Below, one piece after another: positions 47,933 to 57,970 of a stretch of DNA of 64,000 nucleotides. Numbering within the stretch: position 1 is the first letter of the stretch; every line of letters starts with the position of its first letter. Both the position numbers and the translations under genes were made by a program. The notes beneath the pieces were generated by a model. The model saw only the letters and a program-made list of their open reading frames with translations, searched no databases and was not told where the DNA came from. Source of the stretch: Candidatus Fermentithermobacillus carboniphilus (GTDB lineage: Bacteria > Bacillota > Sulfobacillia > Fermentithermobacillales > Fermentithermobacillaceae). Location of the stretch: assembly GCA_018208355.1 (NCBI GenBank), contig CP062796.1:237217-301216 (forward strand), in the 5' to 3' direction.

Positions 47933-49675
47933 ATGTTGAGGCTGGCAAAACTGCTTAAACCTTTTGCTGCATCAATTGTGCTTGCTATGCTACTTGTGTT
48001 GGCTCAGGCCGTTGCGGACCTCGCACTTCCCACTCTCATGGCCGACATCGTCGATAAGGGCATAGTCAGAGGGGATACTGCGCTCATACTCAGGACAGGG
48101 GCCCGCATGCTGCTGGTAGCCCTGGGAGGAAGCACGGCAGCGGTCCTGGCAGCTTTCTTGTCGGCAAGAGTCTCCGCTGGTTTTGGAAAACTACTTCGAA
48201 ACATGGTATTTGAACACGTGGAAAGCTTCTCTCTACAGGATTTTGATAAATTTGGAACTGCATCCCTGGTCACCAGGACCACCAACGACATAACCCAGGT
48301 TCAAGTGGCAGTTTTTAGCACCATGAGGATCTTTGCCATGGCCCCGATGATGTGTATCGGCGGGGTCGTCATGGCAGTATCCGAACAGCCGAAACTCTCC
48401 ATGACGCTCATTAGTGCCCTGCCTTTCCTGGGTCTTGTGGTCTTATTTGGCGCAAAGGTCGCTCTTCCGCTGTTTAAGTCGTTACAGCTGAAGCTCGATA
48501 AGCTGAACCTGATTCTTCGCGAAAACCTTACAGGCATACGGGTTATACGGGCCTTCAACAGGACCGACCACGAACTACGCCGGTTTGATGCTGCAAATCT
48601 GGATCTCACCGGCACAGCACTTAAAGTCAATAGGCTGATGGCAGGGCTTTCGCCCCTGGTAATGCTCATACTCAACGGGACTATGATAGTCATCATGTGG
48701 ACTGGCGCCCACTATATCGATGCCGGCATCATGGAGGTCGGCAGTCTTATGGCATTCATACAGTATGCTATGCAGATACTCATGTCTCTTCTGATGGTTT
48801 CGATGCTATTTGTCCTGCTACCCAGGGCAAGCGCATCTGCTGACCGGATAGTCGAGGTGCTTGATACAAGGCCGACGGTCGTAGATGCAGAACGTTCGAT
48901 CGCCACCAACGTAGGCGCATCAAAAGTACGCCAAGGTGAGATCGAGTTCAGAAACGTGACCTTCAGGTATCCAGGAGCAGAGAGGCCAGCCCTAAAAAAC
49001 ATAAGTTTTGTCGCGCGTCCAGGTCAGGTGACAGCAATAATCGGTGGAACAGGATCTGGAAAGTCTACGCTGGTCAGCCTGATCCCGAGGTTTTACGACC
49101 CAGAAGGCGGGCAGATCCTAATTGATGGTATCGACATAAGGCAATACCCTCTGGATGAGCTCAGGGCTATGATCGGATTCGTACCTCAAAAGGCGGTCCT
49201 CTTCAGTGGAACTGTTTCAGAAAACATAAGGTACGGAAAACCTGACGCTACTGACGAAGAGGTTCGTACGGCAGCGAAAATAGCCCAAGCTGAGCAGTTC
49301 GTGGATGAGATGAGTAACGGGTTCGACTCGCTCATATCCCAGGGAGGGACGAACCTCTCGGGAGGCCAGAAGCAGCGACTCGCAATAGCACGAGCCATCG
49401 TCCGAAGGCCCAAGATATACGTTTTCGACGACAGCTTCAGTGCCCTTGACTTTAAGACTGACGCTAAACTGCGCGCAGCCTTAAAAGATGTAACAGCTCA
49501 GTCCACAGTCATCATAGTGGCACAGCGGGTAAGCACTGTGATGGACGCGGACCAGATAATCGTGCTTGACGAAGGTGAGATCGCAGGAATCGGAACTCAT
49601 CGTGAACTCATGAAAACGTGTCAAGCATACCGCGAAATTGTATCATCACAGCTTTCGGAGGAGGAAATCGCATGA
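47933..49675 (+). CDS. ABC exporter subunit 1 (TMD+NBD, degenerate site)
   Basis: GGTGSGKS, LSGGQ, FDDSFSALD, AQR. Confidence 0.93.
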   Translation: MLRLAKLLKPFAASIVLAMLLVLAQAVADLALPTLMADIVDKGIVRGDTALILRTGARMLLVALGGSTAAVLAAFLSARVSAGFGKLLRNMVFEHVESFSLQDFDKFGTASLVTRTTNDITQVQVAVFSTMRIFAMAPMMCIGGVVMAVSEQPKLSMTLISALPFLGLVVLFGAKVALPLFKSLQLKLDKLNLILRENLTGIRVIRAFNRTDHELRRFDAANLDLTGTALKVNRLMAGLSPLVMLILNGTMIVIMWTGAHYIDAGIMEVGSLMAFIQYAMQILMSLLMVSMLFVLLPRASASADRIVEVLDTRPTVVDAERSIATNVGASKVRQGEIEFRNVTFRYPGAERPALKNISFVARPGQVTAIIGGTGSGKSTLVSLIPRFYDPEGGQILIDGIDIRQYPLDELRAMIGFVPQKAVLFSGTVSENIRYGKPDATDEEVRTAAKIAQAEQFVDEMSNGFDSLISQGGTNLSGGQKQRLAIARAIVRRPKIYVFDDSFSALDFKTDAKLRAALKDVTAQSTVIIVAQRVSTVMDADQIIVLDEGEIAGIGTHRELMKTCQAYREIVSSQLSEEEIA

Positions 49676-51561
49676 GCTCATCTGTTTCAGCAAGAGGCCG
49701 TGACGCTTCGCAGTTGCAGGCGGGTCCCCGCATTGGCTTCGGCGGCCATAGAGGTCTGGGACGACCTGTTGAAAAGCCCCGGGATTTTAAGGGAACCACG
49801 AAGAAACTTTTGAGGTACTTGGCTCCGCACAAGCTCAGCATACTCGCGGTGCTGATATGCGCAGTTCTGGGCACAGTTTTCAACATAGTCAGCCCCAGAA
49901 TTATGGGCCGGGTCACCACCAAGGTGTTCGAGGGACTGATGGCAAAGGCCATGCACGTTAGGGGTGCAGCAATTGATTTCGGGTTCATTCGGCAGACCCT
50001 TATAACCCTCACATCCTTGTACGTGTTAGCTGCGCTGTTCAACTTCGCCCAGCACTACATCATGGCTGGGGTTGCCCAGAGAGTAGTCTACAATATGAGG
50101 AAGGATGTAAGCGTCAAGCTTTCCAGGCTGCCCCTCAAGTTCTTCGATTCGAGGACTCACGGCGAGATACTTAGCCGCGTCACCAATGATGTGGACGTCG
50201 TGAGTTCCACCCTCCAGCAATCATTGACACAAATCATCTCGTCAGCTGTCACTCTTGTCGGAGTCCTAACCATGATGCTGAGCATCAGCCCGGCGCTAAC
50301 CCTTGTTACCTTGATCACAATTCCCCTTTCCGCTATCGTCACAGTCAACGTAGCCAGAAGGTCCCAGCGCTTCTTCGCAGGACAGCAGAAAACTTTAGGC
50401 GAGCTCAACGGCCACGTTGAGGAAATGTACGCCGGCCACAAGATTGTAAAAGCTTTCAGCAGAGAGAAAACGGCGATAGAACGATTCAAGCATATCAATG
50501 ACGAGCTGTACACCCATGCCTGGAAAGCCCAGTTTGTGTCGGGTATCATGATGCCGCTCATCAGTCTCGTGAACAATATAGGCTACATCATAATAGCGGT
50601 GGCTGGGGGCATCATGGTCACGAAGCGGGCCATCGCCATAGGCGACGTTCAGGCTTTCATAAGCTACTCGCGGCAGTTTACCCAGCCTATCGTCCAGACC
50701 GCCAACATAGCCAACATTATACAATCAACCATCGCCGCAGCAGAAAGGGTTTTCGAGGTGCTGGAAGAGGCCGAAGAATCTCCCGACCCGGATGACCCTG
50801 TGGTGCTGGAATCTCCAGAAGGCCAAGTAGCGTTCGAGCACGTCCGGTTTGGCTACAGAGAAGACGCCGTACTTATGGAAGACATCAATATCGCTGCTAA
50901 GCCCGGACAGGTGGTCGCAATAGTCGGGCCAACTGGTGCCGGGAAGACCACGCTGGTGAATCTTCTGATGCGCTTCTACGAAGTTCTTGATGGGCGTATT
51001 ACCCTGGACTCTGTAGATATACGCGACATGACCAGGAGCCATCTCCGGTCAAATCTGGGAATGGTTCTTCAAGATACGTGGCTTTTCAGCGGATCAATCC
51101 GCGACAACATAGCTTACGGTCGCGAAGGAGCTAGCATGGAAGAAATAGTAAAGGCAGCGCAAGCCGCACGTGCAGACCATTTCATAAGAACGCTACCTGA
51201 AGGATATGACACAATCATAAATGAAGACAGCACCAATATATCTCAGGGCCAAATGCAGCTTATTACGATAGCAAGAGCTATACTTGCGAACCCTGTCGTG
51301 CTGATCCTGGATGAGGCAACAAGCAGCGTGGATACTCGTACTGAGCTGCATATTCAGGAAGCGATGCGGGACCTCATGAAGGGACGAACCAGCTTCATAA
51401 TAGCTCATCGACTCTCGACCATCAGAAACGCTGACTTGATACTCGTGATGAACGAAGGGAAGATCATAGAGCAGGGAACCCACGCGGAGCTCATGGCAAG
51501 GAAAGGTTTCTACTACGAGCTGTATACAAGCCAGTTTACAGGAGCAAACAGGGTTGCATAA
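49672..51561 (+). CDS. ABC exporter subunit 2 (TM287/288-type heterodimer)
   Basis: GPTGAGKT, ISQGQ, LDEATS, AHR. Confidence 0.93.
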   Translation: MSSSVSARGRDASQLQAGPRIGFGGHRGLGRPVEKPRDFKGTTKKLLRYLAPHKLSILAVLICAVLGTVFNIVSPRIMGRVTTKVFEGLMAKAMHVRGAAIDFGFIRQTLITLTSLYVLAALFNFAQHYIMAGVAQRVVYNMRKDVSVKLSRLPLKFFDSRTHGEILSRVTNDVDVVSSTLQQSLTQIISSAVTLVGVLTMMLSISPALTLVTLITIPLSAIVTVNVARRSQRFFAGQQKTLGELNGHVEEMYAGHKIVKAFSREKTAIERFKHINDELYTHAWKAQFVSGIMMPLISLVNNIGYIIIAVAGGIMVTKRAIAIGDVQAFISYSRQFTQPIVQTANIANIIQSTIAAAERVFEVLEEAEESPDPDDPVVLESPEGQVAFEHVRFGYREDAVLMEDINIAAKPGQVVAIVGPTGAGKTTLVNLLMRFYEVLDGRITLDSVDIRDMTRSHLRSNLGMVLQDTWLFSGSIRDNIAYGREGASMEEIVKAAQAARADHFIRTLPEGYDTIINEDSTNISQGQMQLITIARAILANPVVLILDEATSSVDTRTELHIQEAMRDLMKGRTSFIIAHRLSTIRNADLILVMNEGKIIEQGTHAELMARKGFYYELYTSQFTGANRVA

Positions 51562-52198
51562 GCAAACGAGGAAGCAGCCCACAGAGATGAGATCAAATAT
51601 CGCATGGCGGAGCTCTCACGGAGCGTAGAGGCACAGAGAGGAGATACCCATGGCCAGGTAACATGCTATTTTCTGCCTGGCCGGGGTCAGGACTCGCTCG
51701 AACGTGCTCTGAGCCACCCGCATCTGCCTGGCACATTCCTCTTGCTCAAGCCCAATTAGAGCCCCATGACGGTCAATTATCCCTCAACAAACTCGCAATA
51801 CAACCTCTTTGTCAAGAATAACGACCCGATAGTCTTCCGGTATTCTCACGTGTTAGGGTGGTTGAAGTAACCTATGCCATAAAGGTTTTTGCACAGGAGC
51901 TCAAGAAGTCGGTGACCGTAGCACATCTGGACAACATCGCACGCTTGAGGTGTTGAAGAGACGCGCGCGGCGAGCCGTACCGTTCTGCCGACTTGCGGAG
52001 GACCCAGGTGAAAGAGCGGCGGATGGAACGGCGTGCAGTACCTTATCCGCTGGCGCAAGCGGCTGTTTTGACGCGTAAGGTGGAGCAATTACTTGCAAAG
52101 GAGACAACAAACCCCGCAGCGGTGGTACAAGGCGCTTGCGCTTTTTCATAGGTGTAACCCACGTCTAACGACTGCGGGAGCCAGCCTCGTTCATATGA

Positions 52199-52894
52199 CT
52201 AAAGAAGAACAAGTGCAAATTCCCACTTAAATCTGAGCCACTTTTCCCGCTGAAACACTACCCACTTCCGTCTAGGAGGAGCGGCATCGAGCGATTCCTT
52301 GGCAGTTGTCAGCGCGACAAAAACGGATCTTGTGCTGGAATCGGTGGGGTGTTTTATTTTCTTTTTCTTTGCCAAGATGACCACCTGGTTGAAGTCGCGG
52401 TACTCTTTGGGCGGAAATCTCCAGCACGAAATTGCCTCGTAAGAGTAATCAAGATGCCTGGCTATCTGCGGCGAGATCCTTTGTTGGGGAACGATGCACA
52501 CCAGTATACCCTCGTCAACGAGGAGGGGGGTGGTTTCGCGCAAAAACGTGTATTCTTTCCTTCTCGTTTCGAAGTTGCTGGTGTCCGCATCATAAGGTGG
52601 GTTAAGCAGCACAAGGCTAAAGGCGTTTTTTGCTACCGTGGCCTGCTCGAACACCCCCTTTGCGACGCAGTTTAGGTGTTTATCGGCTTCTCTTGCCCGT
52701 CCCAGGTCAAGTTCTATACCGTAAGTGACGGTGGCAGTGCCTGCCACTAGATCGGCAAGGGCTTTCCCGGTTCCGCAGCAGGGGTCGAGGACGGGGAACT
52801 CCTGGGACGGAAACTCAAGCATTGGTCTTATGAGGTTTACAACAACATCTGGGGTAGGATAGTACCCAATTTTTATTTGGGCCGTTAGGCGCAC
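52199..52894 (-). CDS. Amino-DNA methyltransferase-like protein (DUF6094-type), probably 3'-truncated
   Basis: GYYPTP, LDPCCGTG, LNPPY; aberrant C-terminus. Confidence 0.8.
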   Translation of the reverse strand: MRLTAQIKIGYYPTPDVVVNLIRPMLEFPSQEFPVLDPCCGTGKALADLVAGTATVTYGIELDLGRAREADKHLNCVAKGVFEQATVAKNAFSLVLLNPPYDADTSNFETRRKEYTFLRETTPLLVDEGILVCIVPQQRISPQIARHLDYSYEAISCWRFPPKEYRDFNQVVILAKKKKIKHPTDSSTRSVFVALTTAKESLDAAPPRRKWVVFQREKWLRFKWEFALVLL

Positions 52895-53045
52895 TCAACA
52901 ATCCTCCTTTGAGCCGTCCGGTCGTGCCGGACGACTAAGTGTGTGGTTTTTGTCGCCCGGCTGGTCGCCGGACGCTTCCTTTCTGTCCTCGGACAGAAGA
53001 AGGAATTGAGAGTCCGGCAGGGTGCGCCTAGACAGGGGCGGTAGC

Positions 53046-53375
53046 TTATGCAGTGCCTGCAGCATCCGTGGTCTCGGAACGGATAAAGCAGTCCTTGTAC
53101 AACCGGATTTTTCCGACTGGCACCTTTGGGTCTTTCGCAGGCCCGCAATAAAGCCAGAGGATGAGGGCACAAGACCGCTGTTCTTTATCTGCAAGAAGCG
53201 AAAGTTTTAAGCAGTAGCTATCGAAGTCCACCGGGTTCATGCGGATCCGGGCTGGATCATAGCGTGTACCGGGCGTCCACCCGAGTTCCCTGTAAAATTG
53301 GTTTACTGCTTCAGCTCCACCAAGATTGATGTGGATCTCCGGTAAGTCCCGCTCTGTGAAAGGTTTTTTGTCCAC
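53046..53375 (-). CDS. Hypothetical protein
   Basis: GGAGG RBS and GTG start, 109 aa. Confidence 0.6.
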   Translation of the reverse strand: MDKKPFTERDLPEIHINLGGAEAVNQFYRELGWTPGTRYDPARIRMNPVDFDSYCLKLSLLADKEQRSCALILWLYCGPAKDPKVPVGKIRLYKDCFIRSETTDAAGTA

Positions 53376-53402
53376 GGTGAGATCCTCCCTGTGACGGAAA
53401 AT

Positions 53403-53446
53403 AAAAAGGCCCATTCGACGCTGGATAACCAACGTGGAATGGGCCT
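53403..53446 (-). terminator. Intrinsic terminator
   Basis: AGGCCCATTC..GAATGGGCCT followed by a T run. Confidence 0.75.
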
Positions 53447-53577
53447 GCCTCATCCTGTGAGAAAGGCTACTATGGTTTTGGGACCGACCTGTTTGCCGGG
53501 CCTTATGACCCGCCCGCCCTGCACCGCGAGGAGGTAAGGTCCATACGCAGGGCAACCCGGGAAACCCGGGCAATTGT

Positions 53578-53922
53578 CTACTTCACGATGGTATACAAAA
53601 CTCCGACAAGACCAACAAAGTTCCCGACGATTAACACAATGATCCACTTGAGAATGTCCCTAAATGCTCTTTCGATTTCTGCTTTGGTCTTTGCTAGTTC
53701 GGTCTTGAGCTCCTGTTCTACCCTTGTTATTTCGGACTTTAGCTCCTGGTACTCGGTCTTGTGTTCTAGGCTGTGTACTTCAAATTTGTGGTCTATCTCT
53801 GTCTTCTTGAGTTGCTCAAAGCGTTTGTCAACGGTTTGCTCTATAAAGGTGACCAGTGCTTGGGCTGTTTCGGGCGAAAAATATTTCGCCAGGTCCCCGG
53901 ACACGTTAGGTACCATTGACAC
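53578..53922 (-). CDS. Coiled-coil protein with C-terminal TM anchor (DUF1640/CCDC90-like)
   Basis: ETAQAL, heptads ELKSEI/ELKTEL, KWII..TM; GAGGAGGT RBS. Confidence 0.75.
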   Translation of the reverse strand: MSMVPNVSGDLAKYFSPETAQALVTFIEQTVDKRFEQLKKTEIDHKFEVHSLEHKTEYQELKSEITRVEQELKTELAKTKAEIERAFRDILKWIIVLIVGNFVGLVGVLYTIVK

Positions 53923-54212
53923 GGCCACCTCCTCATCTCCATTATACGCGATTTTTGTACAAGGTACATCTGATGGCTTCCTTGAAACCGTCTTTCACCT
54001 TTTCCCTGTGGTTGTTTGCAGGATTTTCAAAGACTTTGTACTTTGCCATTTGTAAGTCTCCTTTCTTCTAAAATTCAATCTTGAACTACCCAAGGGATAC
54101 ATGGTCTTGTTACACTCTCGCGTTCCCCGTGCCCGTGCATGAGGTATATCTTGGTGCCTGAGCAATTTGATGAAGGCCCAGTAACGTTTTTCCGGTAGCT
54201 GCGGTTTTCTCC

Positions 54213-55121
54213 CTATGGCTGTTGTATTACCACCTCCTTGCCTGTTTTGCCAGCGTCTCGCACAGCTTTTATCCAGGCTCCGAGAGCATGTTTTGCTGCT
54301 TTCGGCAATGCGAAAGACCCACCTGGTTCCTCGACTGCTTTCTGGATTGACGCCTTAAACTGTGCCCGTATCGCCGGGCAATCAGGTAACTTGACGATGA
54401 TCTTTTCGTCTGTCTCGACGACTTCTGGGTCAAGCCACGGGAAAAGCCCTCTGGGAAACCCGACCGGTGAGGTCCCGCCTTTCAAAACAACGCTCTTGCG
54501 GGGTTCGCAAGCAATTTGCCAGGTTCCATACTCTCCAAGTACTTGCCATAAGTGCTCCATTAGAGATCTGTCCTCAAGATGGGCAGGTATCTTTTCTTTG
54601 AGGACATACTCGACAAACGTACGGTTATTTGCGCTGATCTGGAGATGCACATGAGACAAATCCTGAAGGTAATGTTTGATGAGTTTGGCCGCCGCGATAA
54701 GTCCATGGCATTCCGCGAAACGAGCCGGGACCACTCCAAAGCTAACGCTGCCAGAAAACTGTACCGGTCCTTCGAGAGTTAGACGCACGGTGCCCGACTT
54801 GTACGTTTCAACCCTTACCTTTTGCACCAGGACGTCCGGCACATTGCGTTTTCTTTTGGAACCATTCCCTTCCCTCTTCGGGAATTCCAGAATCACCTTT
54901 TTATCGTCCGCACTTACAACCAGGGAGGCCATGAATTCCTTTCCCTGTTTGTTCCTGAAACCGTGTAATACTGGCGTGCGCCCATTTGTCACAAGCTCCT
55001 CCATTTCGGCTGTTGTTAACCGTTTGCCAGCGATTTCTCGCCACAGAACAAACCCACACTGGGGGCATGTAAATGAACGTGGGTGCTCCTCCAGTTCGGA
55101 TTTACACAGGGGACACCGCAT
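54213..55121 (-). CDS. Zn-ribbon/topoisomerase C-terminal repeat protein with an RNase H-like middle domain
   Basis: CPLC..CPQC, WREIAGKRLT..GF.NK.GK.F.A.L; AECHGLIAA. Confidence 0.7.
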   Translation of the reverse strand: MRCPLCKSELEEHPRSFTCPQCGFVLWREIAGKRLTTAEMEELVTNGRTPVLHGFRNKQGKEFMASLVVSADDKKVILEFPKREGNGSKRKRNVPDVLVQKVRVETYKSGTVRLTLEGPVQFSGSVSFGVVPARFAECHGLIAAAKLIKHYLQDLSHVHLQISANNRTFVEYVLKEKIPAHLEDRSLMEHLWQVLGEYGTWQIACEPRKSVVLKGGTSPVGFPRGLFPWLDPEVVETDEKIIVKLPDCPAIRAQFKASIQKAVEEPGGSFALPKAAKHALGAWIKAVRDAGKTGKEVVIQQP

Positions 55122-55214
55122 TGTCGGTGCGCCTCCTTTGACTCTACAAGACTTCGAGCCTGTTCCCGGCTCCGGTCGTTCCTACTCTTCTCGGCAAAAA
55201 CACGGCGACTCAAT

Positions 55215-55247
55215 AAAAAAGGCCGGAGGCGAATTTTACCTCCGGCC
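55215..55247 (-). terminator. Intrinsic terminator after the CAP gene
   Basis: GGCCGGAGG..CCTCCGGCC-T6. Confidence 0.8.
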
Positions 55248-55273
55248 CGGTTTCTCAGCGAGTTAGGCTTGCG

Positions 55274-55852
55274 TTACGGGCTAGCGAAGATCTCGCAGAC
55301 CCACTTGTCGCCAACTTCATCTAATGCAATACCTATTCCTACCCTAGTAGCACGAGGTTCTAGGATGATGGCTCTGTGTCCCTCGCTATACATAAAGTCT
55401 TGATGGATATAAGCCGCGTTTTTCTCGGCTTCGTATATTCCTATGTTCTCGCCAACGAACTTTGGTACAGCAAGTCCAAATTGCCTTAGTGAGGCACTTG
55501 CTTTCCCGATATTAGGGATGTCGTGAGTTAGATCGCCGAGTTCTACCAACTTTTGTGCCCTGTATCTGGCAACTTCGCAAAGTTTCGCATCCAGGATCAC
55601 AGGTTTCAATTTAGCCTGCTCCCTGGAAATGTTGATGTACTTGAGGATAAGAGGCACATACGTTTTGTTGGCTTCTTCGACCTTCTCAGGAGCGTTCGGA
55701 GGCAGCTGGGGCGGGTGCGCCTTCTTGTATGCCTCGATTGCCGCCTTGAGACCCTGCGAAAACAGCGCATCCCGCACTGACTTATCCAGGTTGTTTACGA
55801 TCGCAGTGCCGACGAGAGCGCCGATTAGCAGAACGGTCGCGACTACTTTCAT
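55274..55852 (-). CDS. CAP/SCP-domain exported protein
   Basis: GENI, SEGHRAIIL, VGIG. Confidence 0.85.
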   Translation of the reverse strand: MKVVATVLLIGALVGTAIVNNLDKSVRDALFSQGLKAAIEAYKKAHPPQLPPNAPEKVEEANKTYVPLILKYINISREQAKLKPVILDAKLCEVARYRAQKLVELGDLTHDIPNIGKASASLRQFGLAVPKFVGENIGIYEAEKNAAYIHQDFMYSEGHRAIILEPRATRVGIGIALDEVGDKWVCEIFASP

Positions 55853-55864
55853 TGCGGATACACC

Positions 55865-56977
55865 TCACTTGGTGATACGGTACGTCCATGTAAAGGACTC
55901 TGTGGACGATACTGCTGCAGGGGTTGTATGGCTTGAAATCTCCTCCGGTTCGTTTTCAACAAGCTCAGGAGGAATCTTCCACACCAGGGCATGGTCAAGC
56001 AGAGGCCCGCTTGCAGTCGAATAAGCTCCTGCTCCTGAACCCATACCGGTTGCAGCATGGTACAAGAGGCCCAAGGCTCCGGTGGACCCGTTAAAGGCGT
56101 CCATAACCTGGTCACGGTTGGCAAAAGGCACAGACCCAAAATTGAATGTCTCTCTACTGGCAACTGTATCCATTGTGTTCGGGGTTCTGATTACTACAGA
56201 AGTCACTTCCGCATCTACCCCGTTCAGGGCCTGCCACAGCTGCAGCAGGCCGTTGTAGTCGTCCCTCACAAGCGACGCCGCAACCGCAGGAATGACTATC
56301 TTGTTAATGTATTCGATCTCGGCCTTCGAGTACTTGTTATAGATTCCAGTTCTCTTCCAAAATTCCTCCCTTGCCGCTCTGTCTGCAGCAAACATTGCCG
56401 TTGTATCCGGGTCCTGCAGCGCGGACTTGATCTGTTCCTTGACGAATTCTGCCGCTACCTCCCACTTGCGCCGTTCAAGGGAAGCCTCGGCCATTTGATG
56501 GGCAGCCCACCTGGCAGTATCATTCATGAGTGCTCCTACGAACGGAAGTCCTCCGCCTGCCAAACATCCCAAACCTGCCATAAGGTAATTTGCCGTGCTC
56601 TGGAAGAACGGCATGTTAGGAATGGTCTGTTCGAGGATGGTGCGGTATTCGTTGCTGGCGGGGATAATGAGCTTGTCCCCGTACATTATCGCTGAAGCGC
56701 TCCCGTTGACATATCCGGGAGGGGGCAAATTTTTAGCCTCTTCCCATACCGCCAGGGTCTCCGGCTTTATATGGGACAACACGGGGATCGACTGTATCTT
56801 TCCACCCTTATAGGTAGCAACTATTTTTCCGGGGTTCTTTGCTCCTGGCTTTATAAAATCCCATATGCTCCTGATTTCTTCCGGTGATTCAGTAACATGT
56901 CCCGCATAAATGAGACCAGGCACTCCGAGGATGAATCCGGACGCAACCAGAATTGCAATTACTCGCTTCAACATCAC
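55865..56977 (-). CDS. Hypothetical secreted protein
   Basis: Signal-peptide-like N-terminus, AGGAGG RBS, 370 aa. Confidence 0.7.
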   Translation of the reverse strand: MMLKRVIAILVASGFILGVPGLIYAGHVTESPEEIRSIWDFIKPGAKNPGKIVATYKGGKIQSIPVLSHIKPETLAVWEEAKNLPPPGYVNGSASAIMYGDKLIIPASNEYRTILEQTIPNMPFFQSTANYLMAGLGCLAGGGLPFVGALMNDTARWAAHQMAEASLERRKWEVAAEFVKEQIKSALQDPDTTAMFAADRAAREEFWKRTGIYNKYSKAEIEYINKIVIPAVAASLVRDDYNGLLQLWQALNGVDAEVTSVVIRTPNTMDTVASRETFNFGSVPFANRDQVMDAFNGSTGALGLLYHAATGMGSGAGAYSTASGPLLDHALVWKIPPELVENEPEEISSHTTPAAVSSTESFTWTYRITK

Positions 56978-56998
56978 CTACCCTCCTTTCCGACCACT

Positions 56999-57733
56999 TT
57001 ACGGGCCGGGACTCAAGTATGCCCGGCTCTCAGAACGAACTTTTACCTTGAATGCATCTAAACTACTGCTTCTCCCACGGGTTACAAACCTCATAATCGG
57101 GCCGAGGATCCTTGAAGGTACTTGGGCTTCGATTTCCATGTAAAACCCAACCGAATCTTTGGTCCGGGGCGCTTCTTGCTGCACTACTTTGGTAACGCTG
57201 ACATCGCGGAGTATTGCATCGTTCAGGACGTTCATATTGAAGGATGTTGTTGCCTGAGCCGATGCTAAAGCCGTATTCAGCACGGGCTGTACATCTTCTA
57301 CTACCTCTTTCCATTCGGTCACGTAAGTGACATAGTATTTTCCGGTTTCATCCCAAAATTCGTGCTTTACCAAGACTTCTTCTCCTGTAAACGGGTCTAT
57401 TTCAGGGATATACTCAACCCTCCTGACTCTCTGCGGCGTGTATTCGAGAATGACATCGTTTGGCGGAAAGTCTTCGGGGGCCAAAACTTCTGTAGCGGTG
57501 GTCTGAGCCTCCAACCTTTTAGTGACCACGATTTCCCGTTCCTGGACCGCCGCGAGTGTAGCTGTCACGGTGACACAATTGCCGTCCGCCGAAACGTTTA
57601 TCACAACATCGGTTGATGGGTTGAAACTCCTGCTAAACTCTATGGTCGCCCACAGCTCCGCAACCTTGCTGTTGGAACTGGGATTATATCCCGAGGCGGT
57701 ACAGGAGAGTGCTTGGACGTGGCCGAACCACAA
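56999..57733 (-). CDS. Hypothetical protein, probably 5'-truncated
   Basis: Long co-oriented ORF with no convincing RBS or start. Confidence 0.55.
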   Translation of the reverse strand: MWFGHVQALSCTASGYNPSSNSKVAELWATIEFSRSFNPSTDVVINVSADGNCVTVTATLAAVQEREIVVTKRLEAQTTATEVLAPEDFPPNDVILEYTPQRVRRVEYIPEIDPFTGEEVLVKHEFWDETGKYYVTYVTEWKEVVEDVQPVLNTALASAQATTSFNMNVLNDAILRDVSVTKVVQQEAPRTKDSVGFYMEIEAQVPSRILGPIMRFVTRGRSSSLDAFKVKVRSESRAYLSPGP

Positions 57734-57970
57734 CCGCTAGTGTTATCTATTTTCACGTGTCCTTTGACCTCGAAAAGCGCGCCGCACAAGCACTCGACAA
57801 TCGTCTTAAACAGAAAAGCCCCTCCCCTAAGGACGGGCCCAAGTAACTGCCTGCTTTCTCTAAACTTAATAGCCGCCTTGTGCTGGCGGCTCTTCTTCAC
57901 GATTGCGGTGAGACTAGAACCAACCGACTTATTTGAACGCCGTTGCTAGTCCCGAGTATCGCGGTTTACC

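Larger units (their letters stand above)
52150..57800 (-). mobile_element. ICE-like remnant adjacent to tRNA-Val(GAC); boundaries approximate
   Basis: Co-oriented orphan genes with a methyltransferase and a topoisomerase-repeat protein next to a tRNA 3' end; no integrase, relaxase or att repeat seen. Confidence 0.6.

Noticed and set aside
51600..52200. Searched for an att repeat of the tRNA-Val 3' end and for a recognisable pseudogene
   Set aside because: Only a weak GGTGGTACAAGG similarity near 52121; short broken frames match no family I recognise.
53022..53040. GTGCGCCTAGACAGG resembles a group II intron 5' end
   Set aside because: No reverse transcriptase ORF and no domain V/VI sequence seen downstream.
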